Of a DNA stretch of 64,000 bases, positions 1-9,866 are shown in pieces. Position 1 is the first letter of the stretch. Each line of letters opens with the position of its first letter. The stretch comes from an uncultured delta proteobacterium (GTDB taxonomy: Bacteria; Myxococcota; Myxococcia; Myxococcales; Myxococcaceae), in assembly GCA_963771175.1 (NCBI GenBank), contig CAVYSY010000054.1, forward strand, positions 125,838 to 189,837, in the 5' to 3' direction. The translations under genes were made by a program, and so were the position numbers. The notes beneath the pieces were generated by a model that saw only the letters and a program-made list of their open reading frames with translations, was not told the origin of the DNA and ran no database searches.

Positions 1-891
1 GAGGACGACGTGGCGCCGCAGCTCGTGGCGGCCGGCTGTGAGGTGCGCATCTTCCGCTCGCTGCGGGGCACCATCGCCACGCTGGACCTGAAGCGCATCC
101 AGGCGCGGCTGCACCGCAAGATCGTGGTGCGCGATGGCGTGGCCGGCCTCACCGGGGGCTGGGGCATCTGGAAGAGCTGGGAGGGCGACGGGCGCAAGCC
201 GGGCGAGTGGCGCGATGCCAACATCTGGCTCCACGGGCCGGCGGTGCGGGGGATGCAGCTCGCCTTCGCGCAGAACTGGCAGGAGGCCGGTGGAAGCCTG
301 CTCCCACCCGACGTCTTTCCCGAGCCCATCCCCGCCGCGGGCCAGGTGCGTGCCGGCTTCGTCACCCACACGGCCGCGCCCGTGCTCACCAACGCCGAGC
401 GGATGACGCTGCTGGCCATCGCCTCGGCGAAGAAGCGGCTGTGGATCTCCAACTCGTACTTCATCCCCACCGGCCCCATCCAGGACATGCTCATCGCCAA
501 GGTGAAGGCGGGAGTGGACGTGCGGGTGCTCACCCCCGGGCGGCACCACGACATCCCCCCGGTGCACGAGGGCCAGCGCGCCACCTACGCGCGGCTGCTG
601 GAGAACGGCGTGCGCATCTGGGAGTACGAGGTGTCGATGATGCACTCCAAGACCATCCTGGTGGACGAGCGGCTGTCGATGGTGGGCTCGACGAACCTGG
701 ACCCGCTGGCGTTCAGCGCGGAGGAGGGCTCGCTGGTGGTGGACGACCCGGCGCTGGCCGCGCAGCTCGCCCGGGACTTCGAGGAGGACGTCCAGCACTC
801 GGTGGAGATCCGCTGGGACTCGTGGCGTCGGCGCGGCCTCATCAAGCGACTGTCGGAGCGGGTGGCGGTGCTCATCGGCCGATACCTCTGA
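1..891 (+). CDS. Phospholipase D family protein, cardiolipin synthase-like (5' end outside window)
   Basis: Two HKD motifs (HRKIVVRD, HSKTILVD...VGSTNLD); frame is open from base 1. Confidence 0.88.
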   Translation, partial: EDDVAPQLVAAGCEVRIFRSLRGTIATLDLKRIQARLHRKIVVRDGVAGLTGGWGIWKSWEGDGRKPGEWRDANIWLHGPAVRGMQLAFAQNWQEAGGSLLPPDVFPEPIPAAGQVRAGFVTHTAAPVLTNAERMTLLAIASAKKRLWISNSYFIPTGPIQDMLIAKVKAGVDVRVLTPGRHHDIPPVHEGQRATYARLLENGVRIWEYEVSMMHSKTILVDERLSMVGSTNLDPLAFSAEEGSLVVDDPALAAQLARDFEEDVQHSVEIRWDSWRRRGLIKRLSERVAVLIGRYL

Positions 892-996
892 CGCCCGCCC
901 GCCCCGGGGGCCCCGGTTGCTGGCCGGGACATCCTGGCGTACAGGCAGCGGGCGATGATGCCGGGCGCCTTCCAGGGAGCGAGCAGGCGGAACACC

Positions 997-1791
997 ATGC
1001 GTGCGCGGGTGTCCGGGGCCCTCGGCGTCTCGGTGGCACTGCACGTGCTCGGCGCGGTGGCCCTGGGGTGGGGTGCGTCGGAGCCGGAGCGCGTCGTGCC
1101 GGGCCGGCCGCTGGAGGTGCAGCTCGTCTGGCGCGATGCGTCGAGGAGCGGAGTGCCCGGGCCGGCTTCCCCCGAGGCCCCCGCCCCGCGCCCCCCTCCC
1201 GGACGGCGCCAGAAGGGGGGCCGTGCTCGTGTGCAGTCCCCGCCGGAGGTGCATGCCCCCGCGCCTGCTCCGGCGGCGGCCCCGTCCGAGCCGGAGCCCG
1301 AGGCCGTTGCCTCCGAGTCTCCCTCCAGTGGCCCGCTGGCGGCCGTGGAGTCGGTGAACCCGGGGGCTCTGTCGGGACAGGGCGACGAGGGGTCCGCTCC
1401 GTCGGGTCCGTCGGGAGGAGGGGCGTCTCCCGAGGTGCGCTCTCCGGGAGGGGGCACGCCTGGAAGCCGCGCGGGCGGATTGGACTCGGAGCTCGGGGCC
1501 TACCGCGAGCAGCTCTCCCGGCGAGTGACCCGGCAGCGGCGCTATCCCGCACAGGCGGTGCGGCTCGGCCTGGAGGGCACGGTGCTGGTCCGCGTACGTA
1601 TCAACCACGATGGCGCGCTGGCCGCGCCGCCCCGGCTCGAGGGCTCCTCGCGCTTCCGGGTGCTGGACGTCGAGGCCCTGCGCATGGTGGAGGCCGCCGC
1701 GCCTTTCGCGCCCCTTCCCTCGGAGCTGATTCGGGAATCGGCCGAGTTCGTCATCCCGGTGAGCTTCTCCCTGCGCGCCACGGCGGGCTGA
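997..1791 (+). CDS. TonB-family energy transducer
   Basis: N-terminal TM with SVALH, Pro/Ser-rich linker, C-terminal YPAQAVRLGLEGTV...SSRFRVLDVEAL...VIPVSF; start could be 955. Confidence 0.85.
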   Translation: MRARVSGALGVSVALHVLGAVALGWGASEPERVVPGRPLEVQLVWRDASRSGVPGPASPEAPAPRPPPGRRQKGGRARVQSPPEVHAPAPAPAAAPSEPEPEAVASESPSSGPLAAVESVNPGALSGQGDEGSAPSGPSGGGASPEVRSPGGGTPGSRAGGLDSELGAYREQLSRRVTRQRRYPAQAVRLGLEGTVLVRVRINHDGALAAPPRLEGSSRFRVLDVEALRMVEAAAPFAPLPSELIRESAEFVIPVSFSLRATAG

Positions 1792-1932
1792 GCCCTCCCA
1801 CTTCTGGTCCGGGTCGTGGGGGCGATCTCGCCGCCTGCCCACTCACCGGTTAGAGTGCTGGCTTGGTTACGGGGAGGCACCTGGGCTCGGTCTGCGCGTG
1901 TGCTTCCCCAAGCGTCACTGCGGGAGGGCGGT

Positions 1933-2766
1933 ATGGACGGCGCCATGAACAGTCTCAACGGCCTCCTGGCCATCTACCAGGAGGATCGTTTCTTCTATGT
2001 CGGCGTCTGCTCCGCGCTGCTGAGCATCACCGCGTTCCTGGTGTTCGCGCTGCCGTGGACGTGGCTGGCCCACAAGAACCCCGAGTCGCTGAAGAAGTAC
2101 CGGGTGCAGGGCAAGGACTTCCCGGTGCAGCGGTGGTTCAAGCCGTCGCTGCAGCGGTTCGCCTTCAACAACCTGGTGTCCTTCGCGAACCTGATGGTGG
2201 CCTGGCCGCTGATGCGCCTGACGGGCATCCACCTGGGCGAGCTGCCCGCCTGGTACGTCATCGTGGGGCAGATTCTCTTCTTCATCGTCCTGGACGACTT
2301 CCTCTACTACTGGATGCACCGGACGCTGCACACGCCGTGGCTCTACAAGCACGTGCACTCGGTGCACCACCGCATCACCACGCCCTTCGCGCTCACGGGC
2401 AACTACATGCACGTGGTCGAGTTCCTGCTCACCACGACGCTGGTGATGCTGGGGCCCTCGCTGGTGGGGGCGCACGTGGTGACGCTGTGGGCGTGGATTG
2501 TGTTCCGGCAGCTCGAGGCGGCGGACGGGCACTCGGGCTACGACGTGCCGTGGAACCCGGCGCTGCTGTTCCCCTTCTACAAGGGGCCCGTCTACCACGA
2601 CTTCCACCACCGGCGGTTCTTCGGCAACTACGCCGGCTTCTTCGCCTACCTGGACAAGCTCTTCGGCGGCACGTACTCGAAGGGCTACGAGGAGTACCGC
2701 CGGGCGAGGCAGTCGCCGCCCGAGGCCCAACCGCAGCCGCAGGCCGACGCGCCGCCGCAGCCGTAG
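1933..2766 (+). CDS. Sterol desaturase / fatty acid hydroxylase family (ERG25-like)
   Basis: His boxes HRTLH, HSVHH, GHSGY, HDFHH; several TM segments; GGAGG RBS before ATG 1933. Confidence 0.88.
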   Translation: MDGAMNSLNGLLAIYQEDRFFYVGVCSALLSITAFLVFALPWTWLAHKNPESLKKYRVQGKDFPVQRWFKPSLQRFAFNNLVSFANLMVAWPLMRLTGIHLGELPAWYVIVGQILFFIVLDDFLYYWMHRTLHTPWLYKHVHSVHHRITTPFALTGNYMHVVEFLLTTTLVMLGPSLVGAHVVTLWAWIVFRQLEAADGHSGYDVPWNPALLFPFYKGPVYHDFHHRRFFGNYAGFFAYLDKLFGGTYSKGYEEYRRARQSPPEAQPQPQADAPPQP

Positions 2767-2789
2767 CGACGGTCGTTGCAGGCGGAATT

Positions 2790-3236
2790 GGCGGAGAGGC
2801 GGCCACCATCGAGTACGCGGTGGGGGCGCTCGGGGTGACGGACATCGTGTTGTGCGGGCACTCGCACTGCGGGGCGATGACGGGGGTGCTGCAGCCGGAG
2901 ACGCTGACGGACCTGCCGGCGACGCGGACGTGGCTGGAGCACGCCGAGGCCACGAGGCGCCTCCTGATGGAGAACTACGCGGAGCTCACGGGCGAGGATC
3001 GGCTCAACGTGGCCATCCAGGAGAACGTGCTGGTGCAGTTGGAGAACCTGCGCACGCTGCCGGTGGTGGCGGAGCGGCTGGCGGGCGGGCGGTTGCACCT
3101 GCACGGGTGGGTATACAAGATCGAGACCGGGGAGGTGTTCTCGTACGACCCGGGCGACGCGCGGTTTCACGCGCTGGGGCAGTACCAGCCGAAGCCGACG
3201 CAGCCGCACGGCTTCACGTCGCTCCCCGCGATTTGA
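2790..3236 (+). pseudogene. Beta-carbonic anhydrase, 3' fragment only
   Basis: IEYAV...IVLCGHSHCGAM...ENVLVQLENL...LHGWVYKIETGEV present; N-terminal CxDSR zinc ligand and start codon absent. Confidence 0.8.
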
Positions 3237-3256
3237 GCGGAGGCGGATGAACGGGC

Positions 3257-3979
3257 TCAGCGCAGGGGCAGCTCTCGGAAGACCACTCCGTCCAGCTCCA
3301 GCCGCCGTACCGCGTCCACGAATCGCTCGGTGCAGATGAAGGTTGACTCGAAGTCAGCCAGCCGGAAAAGGTCGAGGTCTTCCGGGAGCGAGGCCTCGTC
3401 CAGGATGAGGTCTCCCGGCCGTTTGAAGCCATTTCGGCCGCACTTCATGCACTGGGGCGGGCGGTCTGGCGGCAGGCAGTCAACGTGCAACCAGCCATGC
3501 GGCAGGATTTCCAGCTCCAGAAGCTCTGGCTGCTTCTTCTGGCGGAAGCGCAGTTCCGTGGGGAAGCCTTTCAGCCCCCGGACGCCCTCGGCCTGTAGTT
3601 GCTCCAATGCCTTGCGATGCACTACCGGCATCTCGATGAAATAGAAGAAGAGGGGGCTGAAGGTTCCGGTGGCCGTGCCCACCAGGGGTCCAAATTGAGC
3701 ACCGGGAAGCAGTTGTGCTCCAGGCGGTACGAGTGGACGCACCATCTCGCGCAACCGCACGAATTCGTCGAATGGCTCCGGCCTGGGTTCCTCGAAGGCC
3801 TTGTGCTCGGGCAGGGAGGACAAGTCCACACCCGGAAATGCTGTCGCACTCCCAGCCCAGGTGGCTTTGCACTCCGGGCAGCGGAGTCCGGGGAGTCCAC
3901 CCCACTTGTGCCTGGCCCTGCTGAGGTCGCCCGTGCAGCGCGACTCCTTGGGGTCTTGGGCCCAGTAGAACTTCGTCAT
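3257..3979 (-). CDS. Double-CXXCG motif protein (SitI6-type immunity)
   Basis: CPECK and CMKCG motifs, DLFRL...TERFVDAV tail; directly downstream of a lipoprotein toxin. Confidence 0.85.
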   Translation of the reverse strand: MTKFYWAQDPKESRCTGDLSRARHKWGGLPGLRCPECKATWAGSATAFPGVDLSSLPEHKAFEEPRPEPFDEFVRLREMVRPLVPPGAQLLPGAQFGPLVGTATGTFSPLFFYFIEMPVVHRKALEQLQAEGVRGLKGFPTELRFRQKKQPELLELEILPHGWLHVDCLPPDRPPQCMKCGRNGFKRPGDLILDEASLPEDLDLFRLADFESTFICTERFVDAVRRLELDGVVFRELPLR

Positions 3980-3983
3980 CCCG

Positions 3984-4661
3984 TCATCTCCTGCGGTGGT
4001 AGGGCACGATGGGGCCAGTCAGCTCGAAGCGGAAAATCAGTTCCCCTGCGTGACGGTAGATTTCCTCTGGTGTCGCATTGAGGTTTTCTCTGCGGAACTC
4101 TCTCCAGGCATTGTTCCACAGGCCACCGCTGGGCCCACCACTGTGAATGCGGATATGGGTGTGCTCGGGGATGACGATGGTGAATTGGTGGATGTCCGTC
4201 ACCCCTTGTTCGCGGAACCATCGAGCGAGATCCTGCGCCTGGGGAAAGAGGTGGTGCCGGACCCAACGCCCCGGGGGAAGGACGTATTGCGGAGGCTTTG
4301 GGTCGAAGTGGCGGTTGAAGCGGAAGGTGAGGACGGGCTCGTTGTTGCGCGGCCACCCCCCGGTGTAGCCCCACCATCGGCGCGGAGCAGCGGGGGAGGC
4401 GCCCGTGTAGATGGGCCCGCCGCCCCGGAAGGCCAGCAGCACCTCGCGAGGCACCACCTCCTGACAGCGGAAGAAGCCACACTCATCCCCTTCCTCGCGG
4501 CACAGCAGGACGAGGCTCCGCTCGTCCTCGCAGCCCTCCTCCCACGACTCCACGACCTCTGGCGCTGGCGCACTGCCTTCCTGGAGGGACGCACTCGAGG
4601 TCGCGCATGCGTTCAGGATCGTGCAGAGCAACGCCAGCCAGAGCTTCGATGTGGCTCTCAT
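3984..4661 (-). CDS. TIGR02269-type lipoprotein (SitA6-type polymorphic toxin)
   Basis: Lipobox LNAC, Cys-rich N-region (C...ECGFFRC), HHLFPQ...IHQFT...HIRIH...WNNAW nuclease-like region. Confidence 0.85.
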   Translation of the reverse strand: MRATSKLWLALLCTILNACATSSASLQEGSAPAPEVVESWEEGCEDERSLVLLCREEGDECGFFRCQEVVPREVLLAFRGGGPIYTGASPAAPRRWWGYTGGWPRNNEPVLTFRFNRHFDPKPPQYVLPPGRWVRHHLFPQAQDLARWFREQGVTDIHQFTIVIPEHTHIRIHSGGPSGGLWNNAWREFRRENLNATPEEIYRHAGELIFRFELTGPIVPYHRRR

Positions 4662-4793
4662 GTTCGGCTCCCCCAGTCATGGTCCGGCGATAGCGCCACC
4701 GGGACTCATGACATTGGAGCTCTGGTGGGCACGGGCCTCCAAGCGGCGCACGAGCCCTTCTGTCCTACTGTGTACGTGAACGAAGATGCGCGC

Positions 4794-5040
4794 ATGCGCA
4801 TCGAGCACGTGGCCCTCTGGACCCGGGACATTGAGCGGCTCCGCTCGTTCTACGAGACGTACTTCCAGGCGAGCGCGGGGCCCCGGTACGTCAACGAGCG
4901 CAAGCAGTTCACGTCGTACTTCCTGAGCTTCGCCTCGGGAGCGCGCCCGGAGCTCATGACGAAGCCCCTCGTGGTGGGCGCGAGCGGCGATGCCGACGCC
5001 CCACCCACCGGCTACGCGCACCTGGTGCTCTCCGTATCGA
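4794..5040 (+). pseudogene. VOC/glyoxalase family protein, 3'-truncated
   Basis: MRIEHVALWTRDIERLRSFYETYF...GYAHL, then similarity is lost where the convergent ELWxxDGT gene ends. Confidence 0.72.
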
Positions 5041-5060
5041 ACTCACCGTCTGACCCCCGC

Positions 5061-6542
5061 TCAGCGCTCATCCTCGTAGTGGCGTCCTCGCGGAATCGGG
5101 AGCGCCCACAACTCGGAGCCCGTCCCGGGTGTGCTGGCGGCGAAGAAGATGAATCCGTCCGAGCGCGTGAACTGGCTGGGAGACGAGCTGTCCGGACCCG
5201 GAACGAGGTCCTGCAGCAACCGCGTGCCCTCCGGTGTCCCATCGCTCACCCACGGCTCCTCGCCGTGTGCCTCGTCCCCGGCGGCGAAGACGATGCGGCC
5301 ATCCCCCACCGAAGCGAGGGGCTCGGTGAGACGCTCCTCGCGGATGAGCACCGAAGAGGAGAGCAACCTCGTCCCGTGGCTCTTGCCGTTCGTGACCCAG
5401 AGGTACGTCCGCAACGGCCTGAAGTCGACGGTGGTCCTGAGGGCGAAGAAGAGCTTCCCCTTCGTGACGAGGGGGCGCTCCACGAGGGCGGAGATGAAAT
5501 CCGGATTCGGCGAGGTGATCGCAAGCAACTCCGCCAGGAACACCGGGCGGTGGTGGTGCGAGTCGCCCACCTTCACCTTCAGCAGGTCCACCGTGTTGCG
5601 AGCCGTGTCACGCCTCGTGAAGTAGAGGCGCTCGTTGAACACGATGAAGGGCGTCACCTCCGCGCTCCCGGGGCCAGGCACGAGGTCCGTGATGCGTTTC
5701 GTCCCCCGGGCGGTACCATTCGTCTTCCACAGCTCCCTGCCATGCTCCGGCTCCGTGGCGGCGAAGTAGAGCTCGCCGTCCCCCGGCGTCAGGCCTGACA
5801 CGAACGAGCCGGTGGGTCCGGGGTTGATGTCCTTCACCAGCCGGGTGCCGGCGGCGGTCCCGTCGCTCACCCAGAGTTCCGTGCCGTGCTCCTCGTCCTC
5901 GTAGACGAAGAACAGCTTGCTCCCGAGCGCGGTGGGGCTGCCTCGGAAGCCTTCTCCCAGGTCCAGCACGCGCACCGTGCCCGAGGGCGTGCCGTCACTC
6001 GTCCACAGCTCGGTATGCGGGGAGCCTCCCTCGGGAGTGACGAAGCGGAAGAAGAACAGGGTGTCTCCCACCGCCGTGGGGGCGCCGAAAGGCGAAAAGG
6101 CAATCACGCCCCCGGAGCGCTCCTTCACCCGCCGGGTGCCCGAGGCCGTTCCATCACTCACCCACAACTCATCCACATGGGCGACGAAGAAGAGCTGGTC
6201 CCTCACGACGGTCACCTCGCGGATCCGGTCCAGCACCTCGCCCGTCGAGGGGAGCCGGACGAGGGGGACGGTGCCCGGCGCGGTGCCGTCGCTTCTCCAC
6301 AGCCCGGTCTCTCCCCCGAAGGTGGCCGAGAAGTAGAGCCGCCCCCGGAAGTCCACCAGGTTCTCCGGCTGCTCCGCGGAGTCTGGGATGAGGTCCTTCA
6401 CGAGAAACGCCGGGCCGAGCTCCGGCCTCGGTCTCTTCCACTCCGCGGACACCTCGTCCTGCCGCGAGGGCTCGTCGGTGAGCGGCCCGCCACAGCCCAC
6501 GGATAGCACACCGCTCAACAGTACGACCCACCCCATCCTCAT
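5061..6542 (-). CDS. ELWxxDGT-repeat lipoprotein
   Basis: Repeated (E/G)LW(V/T/R/K)(S/T)(D/N)GT units; lipobox SVGC after hydrophobic leader. Confidence 0.9.
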   Translation of the reverse strand: MRMGWVVLLSGVLSVGCGGPLTDEPSRQDEVSAEWKRPRPELGPAFLVKDLIPDSAEQPENLVDFRGRLYFSATFGGETGLWRSDGTAPGTVPLVRLPSTGEVLDRIREVTVVRDQLFFVAHVDELWVSDGTASGTRRVKERSGGVIAFSPFGAPTAVGDTLFFFRFVTPEGGSPHTELWTSDGTPSGTVRVLDLGEGFRGSPTALGSKLFFVYEDEEHGTELWVSDGTAAGTRLVKDINPGPTGSFVSGLTPGDGELYFAATEPEHGRELWKTNGTARGTKRITDLVPGPGSAEVTPFIVFNERLYFTRRDTARNTVDLLKVKVGDSHHHRPVFLAELLAITSPNPDFISALVERPLVTKGKLFFALRTTVDFRPLRTYLWVTNGKSHGTRLLSSSVLIREERLTEPLASVGDGRIVFAAGDEAHGEEPWVSDGTPEGTRLLQDLVPGPDSSSPSQFTRSDGFIFFAASTPGTGSELWALPIPRGRHYEDER

Positions 6543-6689
6543 GATGACCCCCCTCGTCGATCCGTGAGCCGACCGCGCGGAACGATGGGATGGGCGGGGC
6601 CAGCGCTCCACTGCCCCGGAGAACGAGACCGGGCAGGCTGCCCCCGACCGAAGGGCATACGCCGTGCCTTGCCTGCCCTCCTGCGCGCC

Positions 6690-7106
6690 CTACTGGGGGT
6701 TCGGGTTCCTCAGGAGCTCGAGGTACTTGGGGTCCTCATTCGCGAAGAGCTCCTCGCCACCGTGCTGGCAGGCGCGCGCGAGCTCGTCGATGGCCCGTTC
6801 CCGGTTGCCGAGCTCCAGCTCGCACTGCCCCATCCGCAGGTGGATGAAGGGCGCGGCCGACCCAACGGAGCTGCGCACCGCACCCTGCAACGCGTGCTTC
6901 CCCTCGCTGTACCTCCCGAGCAGGAAGCACATGTCTCCGATGGCGGTGAACACCCGGGCCGCCGCGTCGTGCTCCTCCACGGGCCGGGGGATGAGTGCGA
7001 GGGCCTCGCGGAATCGCAGCAGCGCCGTCGCGAGCTCCCGCTGCTCCGCCATGCGTTCTCCCTCGGAGCACAGCTCGACGATCCTCTCATGACGAGCGTC
7101 ATCCAT
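6690..7106 (-). CDS. Small TPR-repeat protein
   Basis: TPR-like helices (ALLRFREALAL, HLRMGQCELELGNRERAIDELARA). Confidence 0.7.
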   Translation of the reverse strand: MDDARHERIVELCSEGERMAEQRELATALLRFREALALIPRPVEEHDAAARVFTAIGDMCFLLGRYSEGKHALQGAVRSSVGSAAPFIHLRMGQCELELGNRERAIDELARACQHGGEELFANEDPKYLELLRNPNPQ

Positions 7107-7190
7107 ACGGGCGCGGTTCTAGAACAGGTGGAGGGGGCCCAGGTAGTGCTCCGCCCCCGGGCCTTCGCTCCACCGGGGCAATTTGCCCCA

Positions 7191-8476
7191 TCAGCTCCGC
7201 GGGTCCTCTTCTTCCGGTTCCTTCGGCAGCTCGCGCAGGGGAATCAGCCGGCGCAGCAGCGGCCCGCCGTGCTTGAGGCGCGCGATGCGCTGCGAGGGGT
7301 AGATGCCCCGGTGGCCAGTGAGCAGATAGGCCACCGTGGCCACGATGGCGACGTGGGGCAACACGCTCGCCCCGAGCAGCTCCACCGCCATGATGGACAG
7401 CGCGAGCGGGGTGTTGGCCGCGGCGGCGAACATGGCGGCCAGTCCCACCGCGGCCCCATGTCCAGCGGCAGTCCGAGCAGCCGCGCCAGCACGTTGCCGA
7501 GCGCCGCGCCGATGAAGAACAGGGGCGTCACCTCGCCACCGAGGTAGCCCGCGCTCAGGGTGAGGGCGGTGAAGAGCAGCTTCAGGGCGAAGGCGGCCAC
7601 GGGAAGCTCCGGGTCCGTGAAGGACCGGAGGATGGTGGGCACGCCCAGGCCCAGGTACATGTCCGTGCCCACGAGCTGCCACAGTCCCACGAGGAGCGCC
7701 CCGCCCAGCGGCCATGCGCAGCGGCAGCGAGGGCACGTAGCGCTCCCAGGCCTTCTTCATCGCGTGCACCAGTTCCACGAAGACCACGGCCACCAGCGCC
7801 ACGGCTCCGGCGAACAGGAGCCACTTGCCCAGCAGCGGCACCGTGAGCGGCAGGGGCGCGGGCACGGGGTAGGGCGTGTGCTCGATGCCCAGCCCTCGCG
7901 TGACGAGGTCCCCCACCACGGCCGCCACCAGCGAGGGCAGCAGCGCCTCGTAGCTCATGCGGCCGATGACCACCACCTCCAGGCCGAACATCGTCCCGGC
8001 GATGGGCGTGCCGAACACGGAGCCGAAGCCTCCGGCGATGCCAGCGGCGAGCAGCTCGCGGCGGGTGAGCGGACGGCACGCCGAAGCGGTGCGCCACGGC
8101 GTCGGCGAGGCTCCCGCCCATCTGCACGGCGGTGCCCTCGCGGCCGGCGCTGCCACCGAAGAGATGCGTGAGCACCGTGCCCAGCAGCACCATGGGCGCC
8201 ATGCGCAGGGGTATCTGCGCGTCCCCCTCGTGCACGGTGTCGATGACCAGGTTGTTGCCGCCGCGGATGGGCTTGCCCCACCGGTCATAGATGGCGCCGA
8301 GCACCAGCCCGGCCACCGGCAGCGTGAAGACGAGGAAGGTCGTGCTGCTCGCGCAGGTGCGTGGCCCGCTCCAGCAGGTACAGGAAGACGGCCGAGGCGA
8401 TGCCCGCGACGACTCCGACGAGACTTCCGAGGAAGAGCCACTGGATGAACGGTCGGGCGCTGGGGAGCGGGCGCAT
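7191..8476 (-). pseudogene. CLC-family anion transporter, fluoride-exporting CLC-F type; at least 3 frameshifts
   Basis: GNNLV, GREGT, GEVTP and AAAANTP motifs are spread over ORFs 8285-8476, 7582-8316, 7191-8441 and 7244-7690. Confidence 0.82.
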
Positions 8477-8592
8477 GGGTTCAGGTCTCTACATTGACTT
8501 GGCCCCCGAGGACCATGGTCACACGTTCCTCATTACTCTTGACTGGTCCACCGTCTCCCCACCCCGGGGAGCGTTTCCAAGAGGTGTTCCCG

Positions 8593-9853
8593 ATGAACCG
8601 TCATCTCGTGCTCGTCCCGGGTTTTGGTGGGTTCGATGCCCTTGGCACCCTGCGCTACTACGAAGGTGTCACCGGGGTGCTGGGGCGCAACGACTCGCTC
8701 GTGCTGCACTACTTCCCCAACCTGCCCATGGCCAGCGTGAGCACCCGCGCCGAGCAGCTCCTCTCCTACCTCCACGAGCGCTGGCAGCGCCGGGAGATCC
8801 GCGAGGGAGATCAGATCCACCTCGTGGGGCACTCCACCGGCGGGCTCGACATCCGAGCGCTCCTCCTGCGCTACCGCGAGCTGGAGGAGTCTCGGCACAA
8901 GGGCCGCGAGAGCGCCGCGCTGGACGTGCTCGGACACATCCGCTCGGTGCAGTTCCTCTCCGTGCCGCAGCGCGGGACGAACCTCGCGGCCAAGGCGAAC
9001 CAGCCGCTGCTGCGCGCCCTCGTCTACCGCCCCCTCCTGCGCGGCGTCTACGAGACCGCGCGAGGCCTGCGCGAGCACGGTGTCTCCACCTCCAGCCGGC
9101 TCATCCGCCGTGTCCTGCTGCGCAACAAGCGCCTGGAGTCGGCCAACTGGATCGACGCCTTCCTCGATGCCCTGGATGGTTGCTACTCGCGCAAGGGCCC
9201 CTACCAGGGCGCCCTGGCCCGCGCCGCGTACTTCGACCTGCTCCGCTGGCTGCTCCATATGGCCAGTGACACCTCGGCCATCAGCGACCTCAGCCCCCAG
9301 CCTCCCCGTGATGCGCCCCCCAGCCCGGCGCACGTGGACGACCCCGAGCGCGAGCGCCAGTTCCTCGTCGAGCACGACATCCGTTACGCCTCCATCATCA
9401 CCGTGGCTCGGCCCAAGACGGGACAGTGGTTCGACCTCTTCAACCGGCTCCATGCCATCACCGCCTCCTCCCCGGTGCCCCGCCTGGGCCGCGCGCAGGC
9501 CGTGCAGCAGTTGATGGAGCCCAAGTCGGTCCGCATGCTCACGCCGGCCGACAACGATGGTGTCGTCAACACCGTCGCCCAGGTGTGGCCCGACGCGGAC
9601 TCCTGCTACCTCCTCGAGGCCGACCACGGCGACGTCATCGGCCACTTCCAGGCCGACATCGCCGAGGACACGCACGGGGCCTTCCGGCGGTACGACCTGC
9701 TCAACTCGTCCTCCGGCTTCGACGCGCCGGCTTTCGAGGCGCTGTGGCTGCGCATCGCCGCCTTCGCCGAGGGGAAGGCCTACCAGGACGTGCGCCGCAT
9801 GCCCCGCCGCCCGGCATGTGGCCTCGGGGTCCTCCGACAGCGCCCACCCCTAG
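8593..9853 (+). CDS. Alpha/beta hydrolase (lipase-like)
   Basis: VLVPGFGG oxyanion region, GHSTG nucleophile elbow, NDGVV and DHGDVIG; end probably TAG 9851-9853 after a frameshift (as called, the ORF runs to 9975 into the next gene). Confidence 0.78.
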
Positions 9854-9866
9854 CGCGGGCCAGGTG

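Noticed and set aside
8477..8592. Fluoride riboswitch upstream of CLC-F
   Set aside because: Consensus elements not recognisable by eye
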